Shown here piece after piece: positions 25,556 through 36,620 of a stretch of DNA of 64,000 nucleotides; within the stretch, counting starts at the first letter, position 1, and the number at the start of each line of letters is the position of its first letter. The notes beneath the pieces are model-generated. The model worked only from the letters and a program-made list of their open reading frames with translations, had not been told where the DNA came from and ran no database searches. The stretch comes from Macrostomum hystrix (Eukaryota; Animalia; Platyhelminthes): the NCBI GenBank assembly GCA_950097015.1, contig CATNEN010000024.1, forward strand, positions 6,138,001 to 6,202,000. The letters are read 5' to 3'. The position numbers and the translations under genes were made by a program.

Positions 25556-26394
25556 ACAGTGAAGGTCCAGATAACTTGACCAGTCGTGCTTGACCAAAGA
25601 ATCGGTGTGAAAGTTATAATTTGCGCCAATGCATTCGGTTGCTGGGCAAGCATTCCTTCTCAGTTCCAAGGCCCCGGCAGCTTGGCCGAACGATAAGAAG
25701 CTGGCAGTGTGTAAACAACAGTGCGCACGACCATGCCAGCATTCCAGAGCCGCCTGCTTCCTTAGCGCTGGAAGAGCAGACGAAAGATCGCGGATGGCGG
25801 GGCACCGCGCCCATTGGGAAGCCTAAAATAGATTAGGGATATCTCCCCAGCAACAACAACACTTCTGGAACTGATTCTGCTGGCAACCCGCGGAGAAGCT
25901 TTTTGCAGGCTGATGAAGGGGAAACGGAAAGGGCAGTTTGTGCCGGACAGCTTGTATGTGTTTTATATCAAGACGATGACATATGTCGGCCCCTCGCATT
26001 CCTTTACCCCAAGCGATGGACATGCGGAACTATCAAAGAGAGATTTCAATATTTGTTCTCTTCTGTTCAGCAGCTAATTGAATTGTCACCTGCCGGATGA
26101 ACAGCACTATTTACTTAGTCGAGTCAAGTAGCCAACTTTTTTGTTGAAGAAATTAGAAAAGCAGATTAAAATAAAACTCTAATTTGCATTATCGCACTAA
26201 TCTAGCTAACATGCAACTTAATCAAGCTTTTCGTGCCACCGACCTTGGTTAAGGTGCACACAGGAGCGTGTGTTGCGTACAGTGTGAAATCTAACAGACC
26301 GCAAAGGGGATTTACTTTTAAATAATTTTATCTGCTCTGCTGCGCCACAAGCTACTTAAAGTTAACGCGAGTAGTAGTGTGCGCGAACCAACGC

Positions 26395-27378
26395 GATTCA
26401 GTGACTGGGAGAAATCGGTGAATCAGCTGGATTCAGTGACTGGGAGAAATCGGTGAATCAGCTGGATTCAGTGACTGGGAGAAATCGGTGAATCAGCTGG
26501 ATTCAGTGACTGGGAGAAATCGGTGAATCAGCTGGATTCAGTGACTGGGAGAAATCGGTGAATCAGCTGGATTCAGTGACTGGGAGAAATCGGTGAATCA
26601 GCTGGATTCAGTGACTGGGAGAAATCGGTGAATCAGCTGGATTCAGTGACTGGGAGAAATCGGTGAATCAATGGGGATTCGGTGACTGGGAGAAATCGGT
26701 GAATCAGCTGGATTCAGTGACTGGGAGAAATCGGTGAATCAGCTGGATTCAGTGACTGGGAGAAATCGGTGAATCAGCTGGATTCAGTGACTGGGAGAAA
26801 TCGGTGAATCAGCTGGATTCAGTGACTGGGAGAAATCGGTGAATCAGCTGGATTCAGTGACTGGGAGAAATCGGTGAATCAATGGGGATTCGGTGACTGG
26901 GAGAAATCGGTGAATCAGCTGGATTCAGTGACTGGGAGAAATCGATGAATCAGCTGGATTCAGTGACTGGGAGAAATCGGTGAATCAGATGGATTCAGTG
27001 ACTGGGAGAAATCGATGAATCAGCTGGATTCAGTGACTGGGAGAAATCGGTGAATCAGATGGATTCAGTGACTGGGAGAAATCGGTGAATCAGCTGGATT
27101 CAGTGACTGGGAGAAATCGGTGAATCAGCTGGATTCAGTGACTGGGAGAAATCGGTGAATCAATGGGGATTCGGTGACTGGGAGAAATTGGTGAATAAAC
27201 TAGGATTCGGTGACTGGGAGAAATCGGTGAATCAGCTGGATTCAGTGACTGGGAGAAATCGGTGAATCAACGGGGATTCGGTGACTGGGAGAAATCGGTG
27301 AATCAGCTGGATTCAGTGACTGGGAGAAATCGGTGAATTAACTGGATTCGGTGACTGGGAGAAATCGGTGAATAAACT
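26395..27378 (+). repeat. 35-bp tandem repeat (GATTCAGTGACTGGGAGAAATCGGTGAATCAGCTG)n, ~28 copies
   Basis: Highly homogeneous units, no unique spacers. Confidence 0.97.
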
Positions 27379-27729
27379 GTAAAAGGAGAAATCAAAAGGA
27401 CTGCTAAAATACAGCAAAAATTATATAGTTTTAATATCCGCGTACAGCACACAAGAAGATAGCTAAAGTCTAACAAGTATATTTCAAAGGTATGCAATAG
27501 AGCACTATGTAGACAGAAAAGAAAACAAACAGAGAAACAGATTATCAAAACAAGAAATTGACCAGCTGCAATGGGCTACTAGTGCAGATAATTTCTTGAT
27601 GGCTTCAAAATTAACAAGAGACACAAGACTAATTGATTAAACACAGAGACCAAATAAAATTAAACCTGGCAGTGCACTGGAAGCACACGGACGGTGAAGG
27701 ATAAAAAAAATTCCTGGGCAAAAAAAACC

Positions 27730-28470
27730 ATAGGCTGTCAATGATTCTTAGGCTGTCAATGATTCCTAGAGTGTCAATGATTCCCAGACTGTCAATGATT
27801 CCCAGACTGTCAATGATTCTTAGACTGTCAATGATTCCCAGACTGTCAATGATTCCCAGACTGTCAATGATTCTTAGACTGTCAATGATTCTTAGACTGT
27901 CAATGATTCCCAGACTGTCAATGATTCCCAGACTGTCAATGATTCCTAGACTGTCAATGATTCCTAGACTGTCAATGATTCCCAGACTGTCAATGATTCC
28001 CAGACTGTCAATGATTCTCAGACTGTCAATGATCCCTAGACTGTCAATGATTCTTAGACTGTCAATGATTCCTAGACTGTCAATGATCCCCAGACTGTCA
28101 ATGATTCCTAGACTGTCAATCATCCCTAGACTGTCAATGATTCTTAGACTGTCAATGATTCCTAGACTGTCAATCATCCCTAGACTGTCAATGATCCCTA
28201 GATTGTCAATGATCCCTAGATTGTCAATGATCCCTAGACTGTCAATGATTCCTAGACTGTCAATGATTCTCAGACTGTCAATGATTCTTAGACTGTCAAT
28301 GATTCCTAGACTGTCAATGATCCCTAGACTGTCAATGATCCCCAGACTGTCAATGATTCCTAGACTGTCAATCATCCCTAGACTGTCAATGATTCTTAGA
28401 CTGTCAATGATCCCTAGATTGTCAATGATCGCTAGACTGTCAATGATCCCTATATTGTCAATGATAATCC
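27730..28470 (+). repeat. 18-bp tandem repeat (GACTGTCAATGATTCCTA)n, ~40 copies
   Basis: Source of the RLSMIP/IIDSLG ORFs. Confidence 0.96.
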
Positions 28471-29007
28471 CAATGTGTAAAGAAAGCCCATTAAAGTTTA
28501 AAGTCGCGCGATTTTGAAAATAAAAAAATATGAATAAATTACCAAATGAAATTGAGCAATGAAAATGAATAAAACGAATACACATCTATGAGTTGTACAG
28601 TTACAACTGATTCGGTATACAGAAAGTAGTCATAAACGCATAAAAACTGAGATTTACGGTACAACAGAAAAAATTCGATCGTGAGAAAAGCATGAGATTT
28701 TTAATGCGCAAAAGAACTTTCAATAGCTCTATTTAGGAAACTGTATTTATCTGCAGGAATGCAATTCGATACTAAACTATAAGTTAAGCCAAGGCCATGC
28801 TTTGATTTAGTTTTAATTTTAAGAGAACTAAAGCTATATTATTATACTTAAGAAGTAAAGAAATGTGCTGCACTAAATGTTGTAGGTGCAAGGAATTGAA
28901 ACAGTTGGGTAGGAATGCGGAAAAATGGGAAAATCTAATGGCACCTCATAGCTTCAATGGTCCAATTAGGCTTAACGAGTAATTAACTAAAATATAGAGA
29001 TCGAGGC

Positions 29008-32000
29008 TTAAACTCCAGAGCCTCGGTTTGAAGCGGAAGCGGAAGCAGGGCCGGAAGCGGAACCAGAAGCGGAAGCGGAAGCAGGACCCGAAGCGGAAAC
29101 GGAAGCGGAACCAGAAGCGGAAGCGGAAGCAGGACCCGAAGCGGAAACGGAAGCGGAACCAGAAGCGGAAGCGGAAGCAGGACCCGAAGCGGAAACGGAA
29201 GCGGAACCGGAAGCGGAAGGGGAACCGGAAGCGGCCAATCGAGAGCGCACAATGGCCAGGTGGTTGCGTATGTAATCCTCACCGGGGGCTAGTTGAGCAG
29301 CTCTGGCTAAGCACTGTTCGGCGTCGCGCAACCGGCCGGACTCAACCATGGTTACGCATAGATTGTGCAACGCCTGGGCATTGGTCGGCTCCAATTGGTG
29401 GGCCCGGTAGAAATACGCGGCAGCGCTTTGCACGTCTTTCAGGTGGTTCAGATGAATGTCGCCTAGAAGCATGTGGCCCTTTGTGTGGTCCGGGTGGTAT
29501 CGTAGAAGCGTCTCGGCGGTTTCCTGGTGGAGAGAGGACTGGGCGAGCTCTAAAGCGATTCGGATGTGCTGGGAATGTGTCTAATGATCTGGGAATGTGT
29601 CTTATGATCTGGGGATGTGTCTAATGATCTGGGGATGTGTCTAATGATCTGGGAATGTTTCTTATGATCTGGGGATGTGTCTAATGATCTGGGAATGTGT
29701 CTAATGATCTGGGAATGTGTCTAATGATCTGGGGATGTGTCTAATGATCTGGGGATGTGTCTAATGATCTGGGGATGTGTCTAATGATCTGGGGATGTGT
29801 CTAATGATCTGGGGATGTGACTAATGATCTGGGAATGTGTCTTTTGATCTGGGAATGTGTCTTATGATCTGGGAATGTGTCTAATGATTTGGGAATGTGT
29901 CTAATGATCTGCGAATGTTTCTTATGATCTGGGGATGTGTCTAATGATCTGGGAATGTGTCTAATGATCTGGGAATGTGTCTAATGATCTGGGGATGCGT
30001 CTAATGATCTGGGAATGTGTCTAATGATCTGGGGATGTGTCTAATGATCTGGGGATGTGTCTAATGATCTGGGAATGTGTCTTTTGATCTGGGAATGTGT
30101 CTTATGATCTGGGAATGTGTCTAATGATTTGGGAATGTGTCTAATGATCTGCGAATGTTTCTTATGATCTGGGGATGTGTCTAATGATCTGGGAATATGT
30201 CTTATGACCTGGGGATGTGTCTAATGATTTGGGAATGCGTCTAATGATCTGGGAACGTGTCTTATGATCTGGGAATGTGTCTATAAATATAAAGAGTCAG
30301 TTATCCAAGCCAAACCTTGGCCATTAGCGGTCTAGCCATCTCATTGTGATACATCAGCGCCAGATTGAATAGAGCTCCCCGCATGCTGGGGTCGCGGTGC
30401 AGAGCCCGCCTATAGTGCAGCTCAGCCGCCTGCAGATCGCGCATGTCGGTGTACAGCATAGCCAGGCTAAACAGTGGCCCGGGATCCTGAGGCTCCAGCT
30501 CGGCCAGCTGTTCCAGCAGCTGTTTGGCGGATTTTCGCTCGGGTCCATTGGCGGGTCCGATGTCCTGCAGCACTGAGGCGGCATTGTGCATGGCCAGCTT
30601 GTGACGCGGCTCCGATTGAAGGGCTCGTTGGAACCAAAGCAGGGCTTCGCGTTTCCGATTAGCGCGCAGCTCCAGTACGCCGATGTTGAACAGGATGTCG
30701 GCGTGAGCCGGCTGGTGCTGCAGCGCCAAGTCGTAGTGCCGCCTGGCCTCCTCTGTGCGATTCATCCGGATCAGCAGGTCCGCGCGATTCTGATGCGCGT
30801 CAATGAAGTCCGGGCGCATGCTCAGTGCGGTCAGAAGCAGCTGATCCGCCTCTGCGTAGCTACAATAATCACGATATGGGATGACAAGAAACCATTTGCT
30901 AGCATCGTATAGAACAGTTATTTGCATCATATGTACTACTTACCAGAGAAATAGTTGTCTTTGACAACGTTACACTGTTTAAAAAAATATAGACGCTTTT
31001 TATGAATGACGTCATCCCACTTGTTACTATAAATAGCACAGTAATGAATCATGTGCTAGTTTTTGAAATGACCACATCTAAATTCTACTATAAATAGCGC
31101 TTAACTCGATACAACAGAGAGGCGCTGATTTCGCTGAAAGATCACGAAAGATCACGGTGCGTTTATCCACACTCACATTCACAAATTCGTCTCTGAGAAA
31201 ATTGTCAAACAGCCTAGCGCTAAAACCGATCCCATCGATCTCAACGAACCAATTCTTGTCCTCCCTTTCTTTGGCTATCCTTCTCAATTCTTCAAAAATA
31301 GAATCTGATAAATTTTTCGCAACTCCCTTAATTGCAACATCCGCGTCATCTTTCGTTCTGCTAAAGTTGGCAACTTTGTCGGTCGGTTGAAGTCACTTGT
31401 TCCCTGTGCTCTTCATGCTGGTGTGGTTTATCAATTCAACTGCTCTGATGACCAGAGCGTCTCCTACGTGGGGAAGACTAAAAGGCACCTACCTGCACAC
31501 TAGAATCAGGGATCACTGGCTGAAACCGTCGGCTATTCAAAACCATCTCTTAGAATGTAATAGCTGCTCCAGCTGCAAACCCGAAGAGCGCTTTAAAGTC
31601 ATTGACCAATGCTCATTTGACTCCAAACTGCAGATTCTTGAAGCGTTGTACATTAAAGCGCGTTCCCCCAACCTCAACTCTCAACTCCAACACAGTGGCG
31701 CGGGCCATGTTCTCCGTGTGTTCTGAGGGAGGGGGCACTGGCTGTACATTCTGTACTGTTGGCTGCAACGCTAACAATCCGTCCCTGGACTTTGCCTCTC
31801 GACTTACGGACTATCAAATATGTACTGAAAATATTAAAATATGGATTAAATTTACACCCAAAAATCTCATATTTATTGACTTCTCAATTCGCTATATTCG
31901 TTTAGAATAAACCTGAAGATGCACACTGTTGTGCGAAACGCGTCGTTAAATGTTGATTCTCGCCTTTCTATAGATCACGGAAGGTTTTCTTATACCCACA

Positions 32001-35000
32001 TGTTTTCACGTATCTGCACACTGTTGTGCGAAACGCGTCGTTAAATGTTGATTCTCGCCTTTCTATAGATCACGGAAGGTTTTCTTATACCCACATGTTT
32101 TCACGTATCTGCACACTGTTGTGCGAAACGCGTCGTTAAATGTTGATTCTCGCCTTTCTATAGATCACGGAAGGTTTTCTTATACCCACATGTTTTCACG
32201 TATCTGCACACTGTTGTGCGAAACGCGTCGTTAAATGTTGATTCTCGCCTTTCTATAGATCACGGAAGGTTTTCTTATACCCACATGTTTTCACGTATCT
32301 GCACACTGTTGTGCGAAACGCGTCGTTAAATGTTGATTCTCGCCTTTCTATAGATCACGGAAGGTTTCTTATACCCACATGTTTTCACGTATCTGCACAC
32401 TGTTGTGCGAAACGCGTCGTTAAATGTTGATTCTCGCCTTTCTATAGATCACCGAAGGTTTTCTTATACCCACATGTTTTCACGTATCTGCACACTGTTG
32501 TGCGAAACGCGTCGTTAAATGTTGATTCTCGCCTTTCTATAGATCACGGAAGGTTTTCTGTTACCCACATGTTTTCACGTATCTTCTAAAATACTTTACA
32601 AATCACTGACTATATTGTTGAACCAATATAGATTCGTCAAAGAGGTTAATACAGAGCAATGTTAGTCATAAATAAATGTTATATTGCTAACTAAGCCCTT
32701 TCAGAAGCAATAGTAAAACAAGCGCCTCACACAAAGCATTAACAAAAAAATGATGCGCTAACCACCTACCGATTGGTGTCATTAGAGATCAGCGTGGCCA
32801 GGCTAACGTAGGCCTTGAGATTAGCCGGCGCCACCCGCGCAGTGTAGCTCTGACCCTTCTTAGGCTGCGGCATGAGGGCCACGGCTTGGCGATAGAATTT
32901 CTCAGCCAGAGCCTTGTCGCCTAGGGTGGCATATGTGCGGGCGACATTCTGGTGGGCGCCAATATCGTCCGGCTGTACGGAAGCGGCCTTCAAAAAGTAG
33001 GGCAAGGCGTCTGAATACCTGGCCAAGAAAAGGAGGGGTGGTAAGACAAGAGATTATCACAATCCAACTCATCATGCACTAACATCAGAATCTCATCTCG
33101 CACTTCGATGCCCATCAAATCCCGCACTCAGATCCTCGTCAAATGCCGCACTCAGATCAATCCCATCCCGCACTCAGATCCCAATCCCATTCCGCACTCG
33201 GATCCCAAATCCATCCAGCACTCAAATCCCAATCCCCTTCCGCACTCGGATCCCAATTCCATCCAGCACTCAAATCCCAATCCCCTTCCGCACTCGGATC
33301 CCAATCCCATCCCGCACTCAGATCCCAATCCCATTCCGTAATCAGATCCCAATCCCATCCCGTACTCAAATCCCAATCCCCTTCCGCACTCGGATCCCAA
33401 TTCCATCCAGCACTCAGATCCCAATCCCCTTCCGCACTCGGATCCCAATTCCATCCAGCACTCAGATCCCAATCCCATTCCGTAATCAGATCCCAATCCC
33501 ATCCCGCACTCAAATCCCAATCCCCTTCCGCACTCGGATCCCAATTCCATCCCGCACTCAAATCCCAATCCCCTTCCGCACTCGGATCCCAATTCCATCC
33601 CGCACTCAAATCCCAATCCCCTTCCGCACTCGGATCCCAATTCCATCCCGCACTCAAATCCCAATCCCCTTCCGCACTCGGATCCCAATTCCATCCCGTA
33701 CTCAAATCCCAATCCCCTTCCGCACTCGGATCCCAATTCCATCCCGTACTCAAATCCCAATCCCCTTCCGCACTCGGATCCCAATTCCATCCCGCACTGT
33801 AGCACCCACCGCTCAATTTTCTCCAGGCTGTGTCCGACATTGTTCCACAGCTTAGCATTGTTGGGATTGACTCGCACAGCCGAGGTGAACAATGCGTACT
33901 CGTCGCGCCAGTCGCAGTTGCGGCACAAAGTCTTGCCAGCAAATGCGGCCATTGTGAGCAGTAGGCAGAGCCGGCAGGCTGACTGCGGCAGCCGTTGGCA
34001 CAGCCTGTCGTAGCCAAGGCCAACTAGCAGGCAGAATCCCATACTGGGCAGATAAAGCACGCGTTCGGCAATGACAAAGCCAACTGGGAAGAACAGATTA
34101 GAGGCCGGCAGGAATGGCAAAGCCAATAGGGCCAGGCCAAGGCCGATTGGCCAGTTAGTCCGGCTGCGGAGTGCCAGCCAGACCAGGCCGAGTAGCCAGG
34201 CGTAGAAGGCTAGGACCAGAGCCAGCAGGTGCGGCTGACCCAGCGGGGATTCAAACAGCGGCACGGAGCCCATGGTCCAATCGGCGCACAGAGGCCAGGG
34301 AAGAATTAGCAGCAGCAGGTTGAGCGGCAGTAGCAGGTTGAAAGTCAGCTGCCTAGTTGGACTAGGCGAGTGCGCGGCCGGATTGTCGAATCGAGTGAAA
34401 ACGGGCAGCTGGGCGCCCATCACTCGAATCCTGGCCCACATTAAACAGGCGGTGGCGCCGATCAACAGGCAGCAGCGAGCCAGACTGCGGCGCGACCAGG
34501 GCAGGCGGCCGGTGCTGGCAGCCGAGGCCAGCTGCCGCAGGGTGACGCCGCGCTTAGCCACGTAGAGCTCATAGAAAGCGCAGACCGCCACCACTGTGAT
34601 GGCCTGGAGCGACGGCGGGAAGGAGGTGCCGATGTCTTAGACGGCCTGCTATGAAACAAGTTGTACCTAGCTCCCTTCCTCGAAGGCACAGTGAAGTATA
34701 CACTGCCTGACAATGAGAAAGTCAGGGCAGATGTGCACACCTGTGTGGGCGTGTGTGCTCAGGAGTCAGCGAAATCGGGCAGCTCCTCGCTGGCGGCGGG
34801 TCTAGAGTCACCAAATGATGTGCCATTGCCCGCAGCCCTCCTGCAATATTATTATTTTTATATTAGCTCCCTTCATCCAGGCTTAGCCGAAGTCTGTTGT
34901 TAAACTCGACCCCACAATGCAAGCCCACCCCAAAGCACAGCTGGCATCGGACCTGCTCCTTGCACAGTGTGCCCAGCGCAGCATAGAGCACAGCCAGCCA

Positions 35001-35582
35001 GACGCCCGTGTAGCCGCGCTTGGCCGAGAAAGCGCGCACAGCCAATAGGAACAGAGCAGCTGACAGCAGCTCGGCGCGGCCGACAACCCCGGCCACGGCC
35101 TCCGTGTGCACCGGGTGCAGCGCAAACAGGTAGGCGGCGGCGACGCTGGCTCGCTCGGTGACTGCGGCGCCTAGCAAAAGGGCGCGGCAGGCGGCTAGAA
35201 ACATGCCGGAGACGAGGGTGTGCAGGGCCAGGTTGGCCAGGTGATAGCCGAAAGGCGCCAACTCGGCCAGGGCGTAGTTGAGTCGGAAAGTGAGCACAGT
35301 TAGTGGCCGATATGATTTGTGCGACTTCTCCTCTGACATTGGCGTGCCCCAGAAGTCATTGCTAAACAGCTGCGTCCAGGGCACGTGCGGCCGCAGGTCT
35401 TTGTTGTCACGAATGGCAGACGCATCGTCGAAGACAAAGTCGCAGTGCAGACTGGTGACATAACAGGCTGCAGCCAAGACTGTTACATAGAACATGTGGT
35501 GATCAAATGTGACATTGGGCTCATCAGCTGATTCGCTGCAACTTCTAGATGAGGTCGACTTGGATTTTTCATGACTTGGCAT
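29008..35582 (-). CDS. TMTC3: TMTC3-like protein O-mannosyltransferase (TM + TPR). Exons 35582-34953, 34603-33810, 33018-32770, 30859-30316, 29523-29008; ~910 aa
   Basis: Motifs [88 protein letters not shown], multiple TPRs and [11 protein letters not shown]...HNLCV (TMTC3-type). All four introns are GT-AG with matching phases (0,2,2,0); total 2733 nt. The start codon is the least certain part. Confidence 0.92.
29028..29235 (+). repeat. 42-bp repeat built from GCGGAA hexamers, inside the last TMTC3 coding exon (Ser/Ala/Gly tail)
   Basis: Encodes [14 protein letters not shown] repeats, in frame before the stop codon at 29008-29010. Confidence 0.85.
29563..30283 (+). repeat. 20-bp tandem repeat (GATCTGGGAATGTGTCTAAT)n filling TMTC3 intron 4
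   Basis: Occupies ~720 of 792 intron bases. Confidence 0.96.
31075..31950 (+). mobile_element. 5'-truncated, decayed Penelope-like retroelement (linker + GIY-YIG endonuclease + 3' UTR/pLTR) in TMTC3 intron 3
   Basis: Reads ...[13 protein letters not shown]...[12 protein letters not shown]...GVVYQFNC...SYVGKTKRH / LHTRIRDH...SAIQNHL...FKVIDQC...[10 protein letters not shown]...PNLNSQ, with in-frame stops and a 4-bp ACCT duplication causing a frameshift; followed by CTGAAGA...GAAAC. Confidence 0.88.
31910..31947 (+). ncRNA. Minimal type I hammerhead ribozyme motif (Penelope type)
   Basis: AAC-CUGAAGA-U-GCACA(CUGU)UGUGC-GAAAC-GC-GUC/GUU: conserved core, 5-bp stem II, palindromic ACGCGU stem III, 3-bp stem I; predicted cleavage after C31944. 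Confidence 0.75.
31920..32584 (+). repeat. 95-bp tandem repeat, 7 copies, derived from the Penelope terminus
   Basis: TGCACACTGTTGTGCGAAACGCGTCG... recurs at 31920, 32015, 32110, ... Confidence 0.96.
33105..33797 (+). repeat. 42-bp (2 x ~21) tandem repeat CCCCTTCCGCACTCGGATCCCAATTCCATCCCGCACTCAAATCCCAAT-type, filling TMTC3 intron 2
   Basis: On the sense (-) strand it starts ~12 nt after the GTGGGT donor. Confidence 0.95.
34695..34865 (+). mobile_element. SINE family 1, copy 3 (5'-truncated), antisense in TMTC3 intron 1
   Basis: CACTGCCTGACAATGAGAAAGTCAGGGCAGATG...CCCGCAGCCCTCCTGCAATATTATTATT. Confidence 0.85.
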
Positions 35583-36264
35583 CTCGTTTAATGCAGATTT
35601 GCTAACTGGAATCAAATGAAGCAAACAACAGCCTTTAGTAACATGAGCCAACATGCTTAAATCATAGGGTTTGAAGGTTTACAGCTTCTAAACCACTTTT
35701 AAGCATTTGAGTGGCAGCTTGCAAAGGCTTGTTATTATGGCACACGAGAAAAGCTTTGGTTCTCATGTGTGAATGAAATAAGAAATTAGAAATGCAGTCT
35801 ATGAACCCCCTAAAAATAAAATTAACAAGTGTTAACATCCTAAATTTAGGTAAATACAATGTTATTATTTTTTTTAATATTATTAATTTTAGCAAAAATG
35901 TATATTCATAATTTTTTTAAAACTAAGAACTTAGCTTTTATATATTAAAAATAATGTGAGATTTAGCTAATTGTGATACTTTTTACATTATACTATTCAA
36001 GAGTATATACTATATAGCACTTATTTTTCAGTTTGCCATTTTTACAGAGGTGGCACCTGAAAAAATGTTTCTGTAGGTCTAGCTTTGTATATACTACAAC
36101 TGAGTATAAAACACTGTTTAAGCAGTTTCTAGTCATCTTGGCTTTTGCCTTAAATCTGCTTTATTGTCTGCTTTAAAAATTTAGCATAGATCTGTAGAGT
36201 CCATCATATAATTATAAATCTGAAATCATGGTTTTTATCATTTGGGCAACATTAGGTTAAATTG

Positions 36265-36620
36265 CATATATAACTTTGACCGATCGGTTTTACTGACGTT
36301 AAACCGACATTAAAATGTACATACACTGGAGTGGGGTGGCTGCTAGCGGGACAAGATTTTAATTGGGGTGTGTGACAGGGAATTCCCTAACCCACCCCAA
36401 GTGGACAATTAGTCATTCTGATGATTCATCTCTCAAAAAACCCCTACATTTAGGCTTCATATGAAATACGAGCTTGTACATTGCCGACGTAAACTTTTCC
36501 CGATGCTAATGATTTTATGCATCAATGCATATATATTTTTAGTTAGCATTGGGAAAAGTTTACATTGGCAGCTAAAAACCGATTTTCCGGTAAAAACCGA
36601 TCGGCCAAAGTTATATACAT
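36265..36620. mobile_element. MITE with ~28-bp terminal inverted repeats and an internal inverted repeat
   Basis: TATATAACTTTGACCGATCGGTTTT(T)AC ... GTAAAAACCGATCGGCCAAAGTTATATA; internal IR at ~36482-36508 / ~36542-36570. Confidence 0.8.

Noticed and set aside
25905-25935. CTGATGA...GAAAC hammerhead-like string
   Set aside because: Only AGGG lies between the boxes; no stem II and no NUH site with stem I pairing.
26395-27378. CRISPR-like array (35-bp palindromic repeat); also the 33-, 34- and 41-bp arrays
   Set aside because: Units are contiguous with no unique spacers, there are no cas genes, and the context is eukaryotic.
27629-28585. IIDSLG / RLSMIP ORFs, LRR-like at a glance
   Set aside because: 18-bp tandem repeat translation.
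33152-33809. [15 protein letters not shown] extension of the TMTC3 exon-2 ORF
   Set aside because: Read-through into an intronic repeat; the donor CG|GTGGGT at 33810 matches the phase of exon 3.
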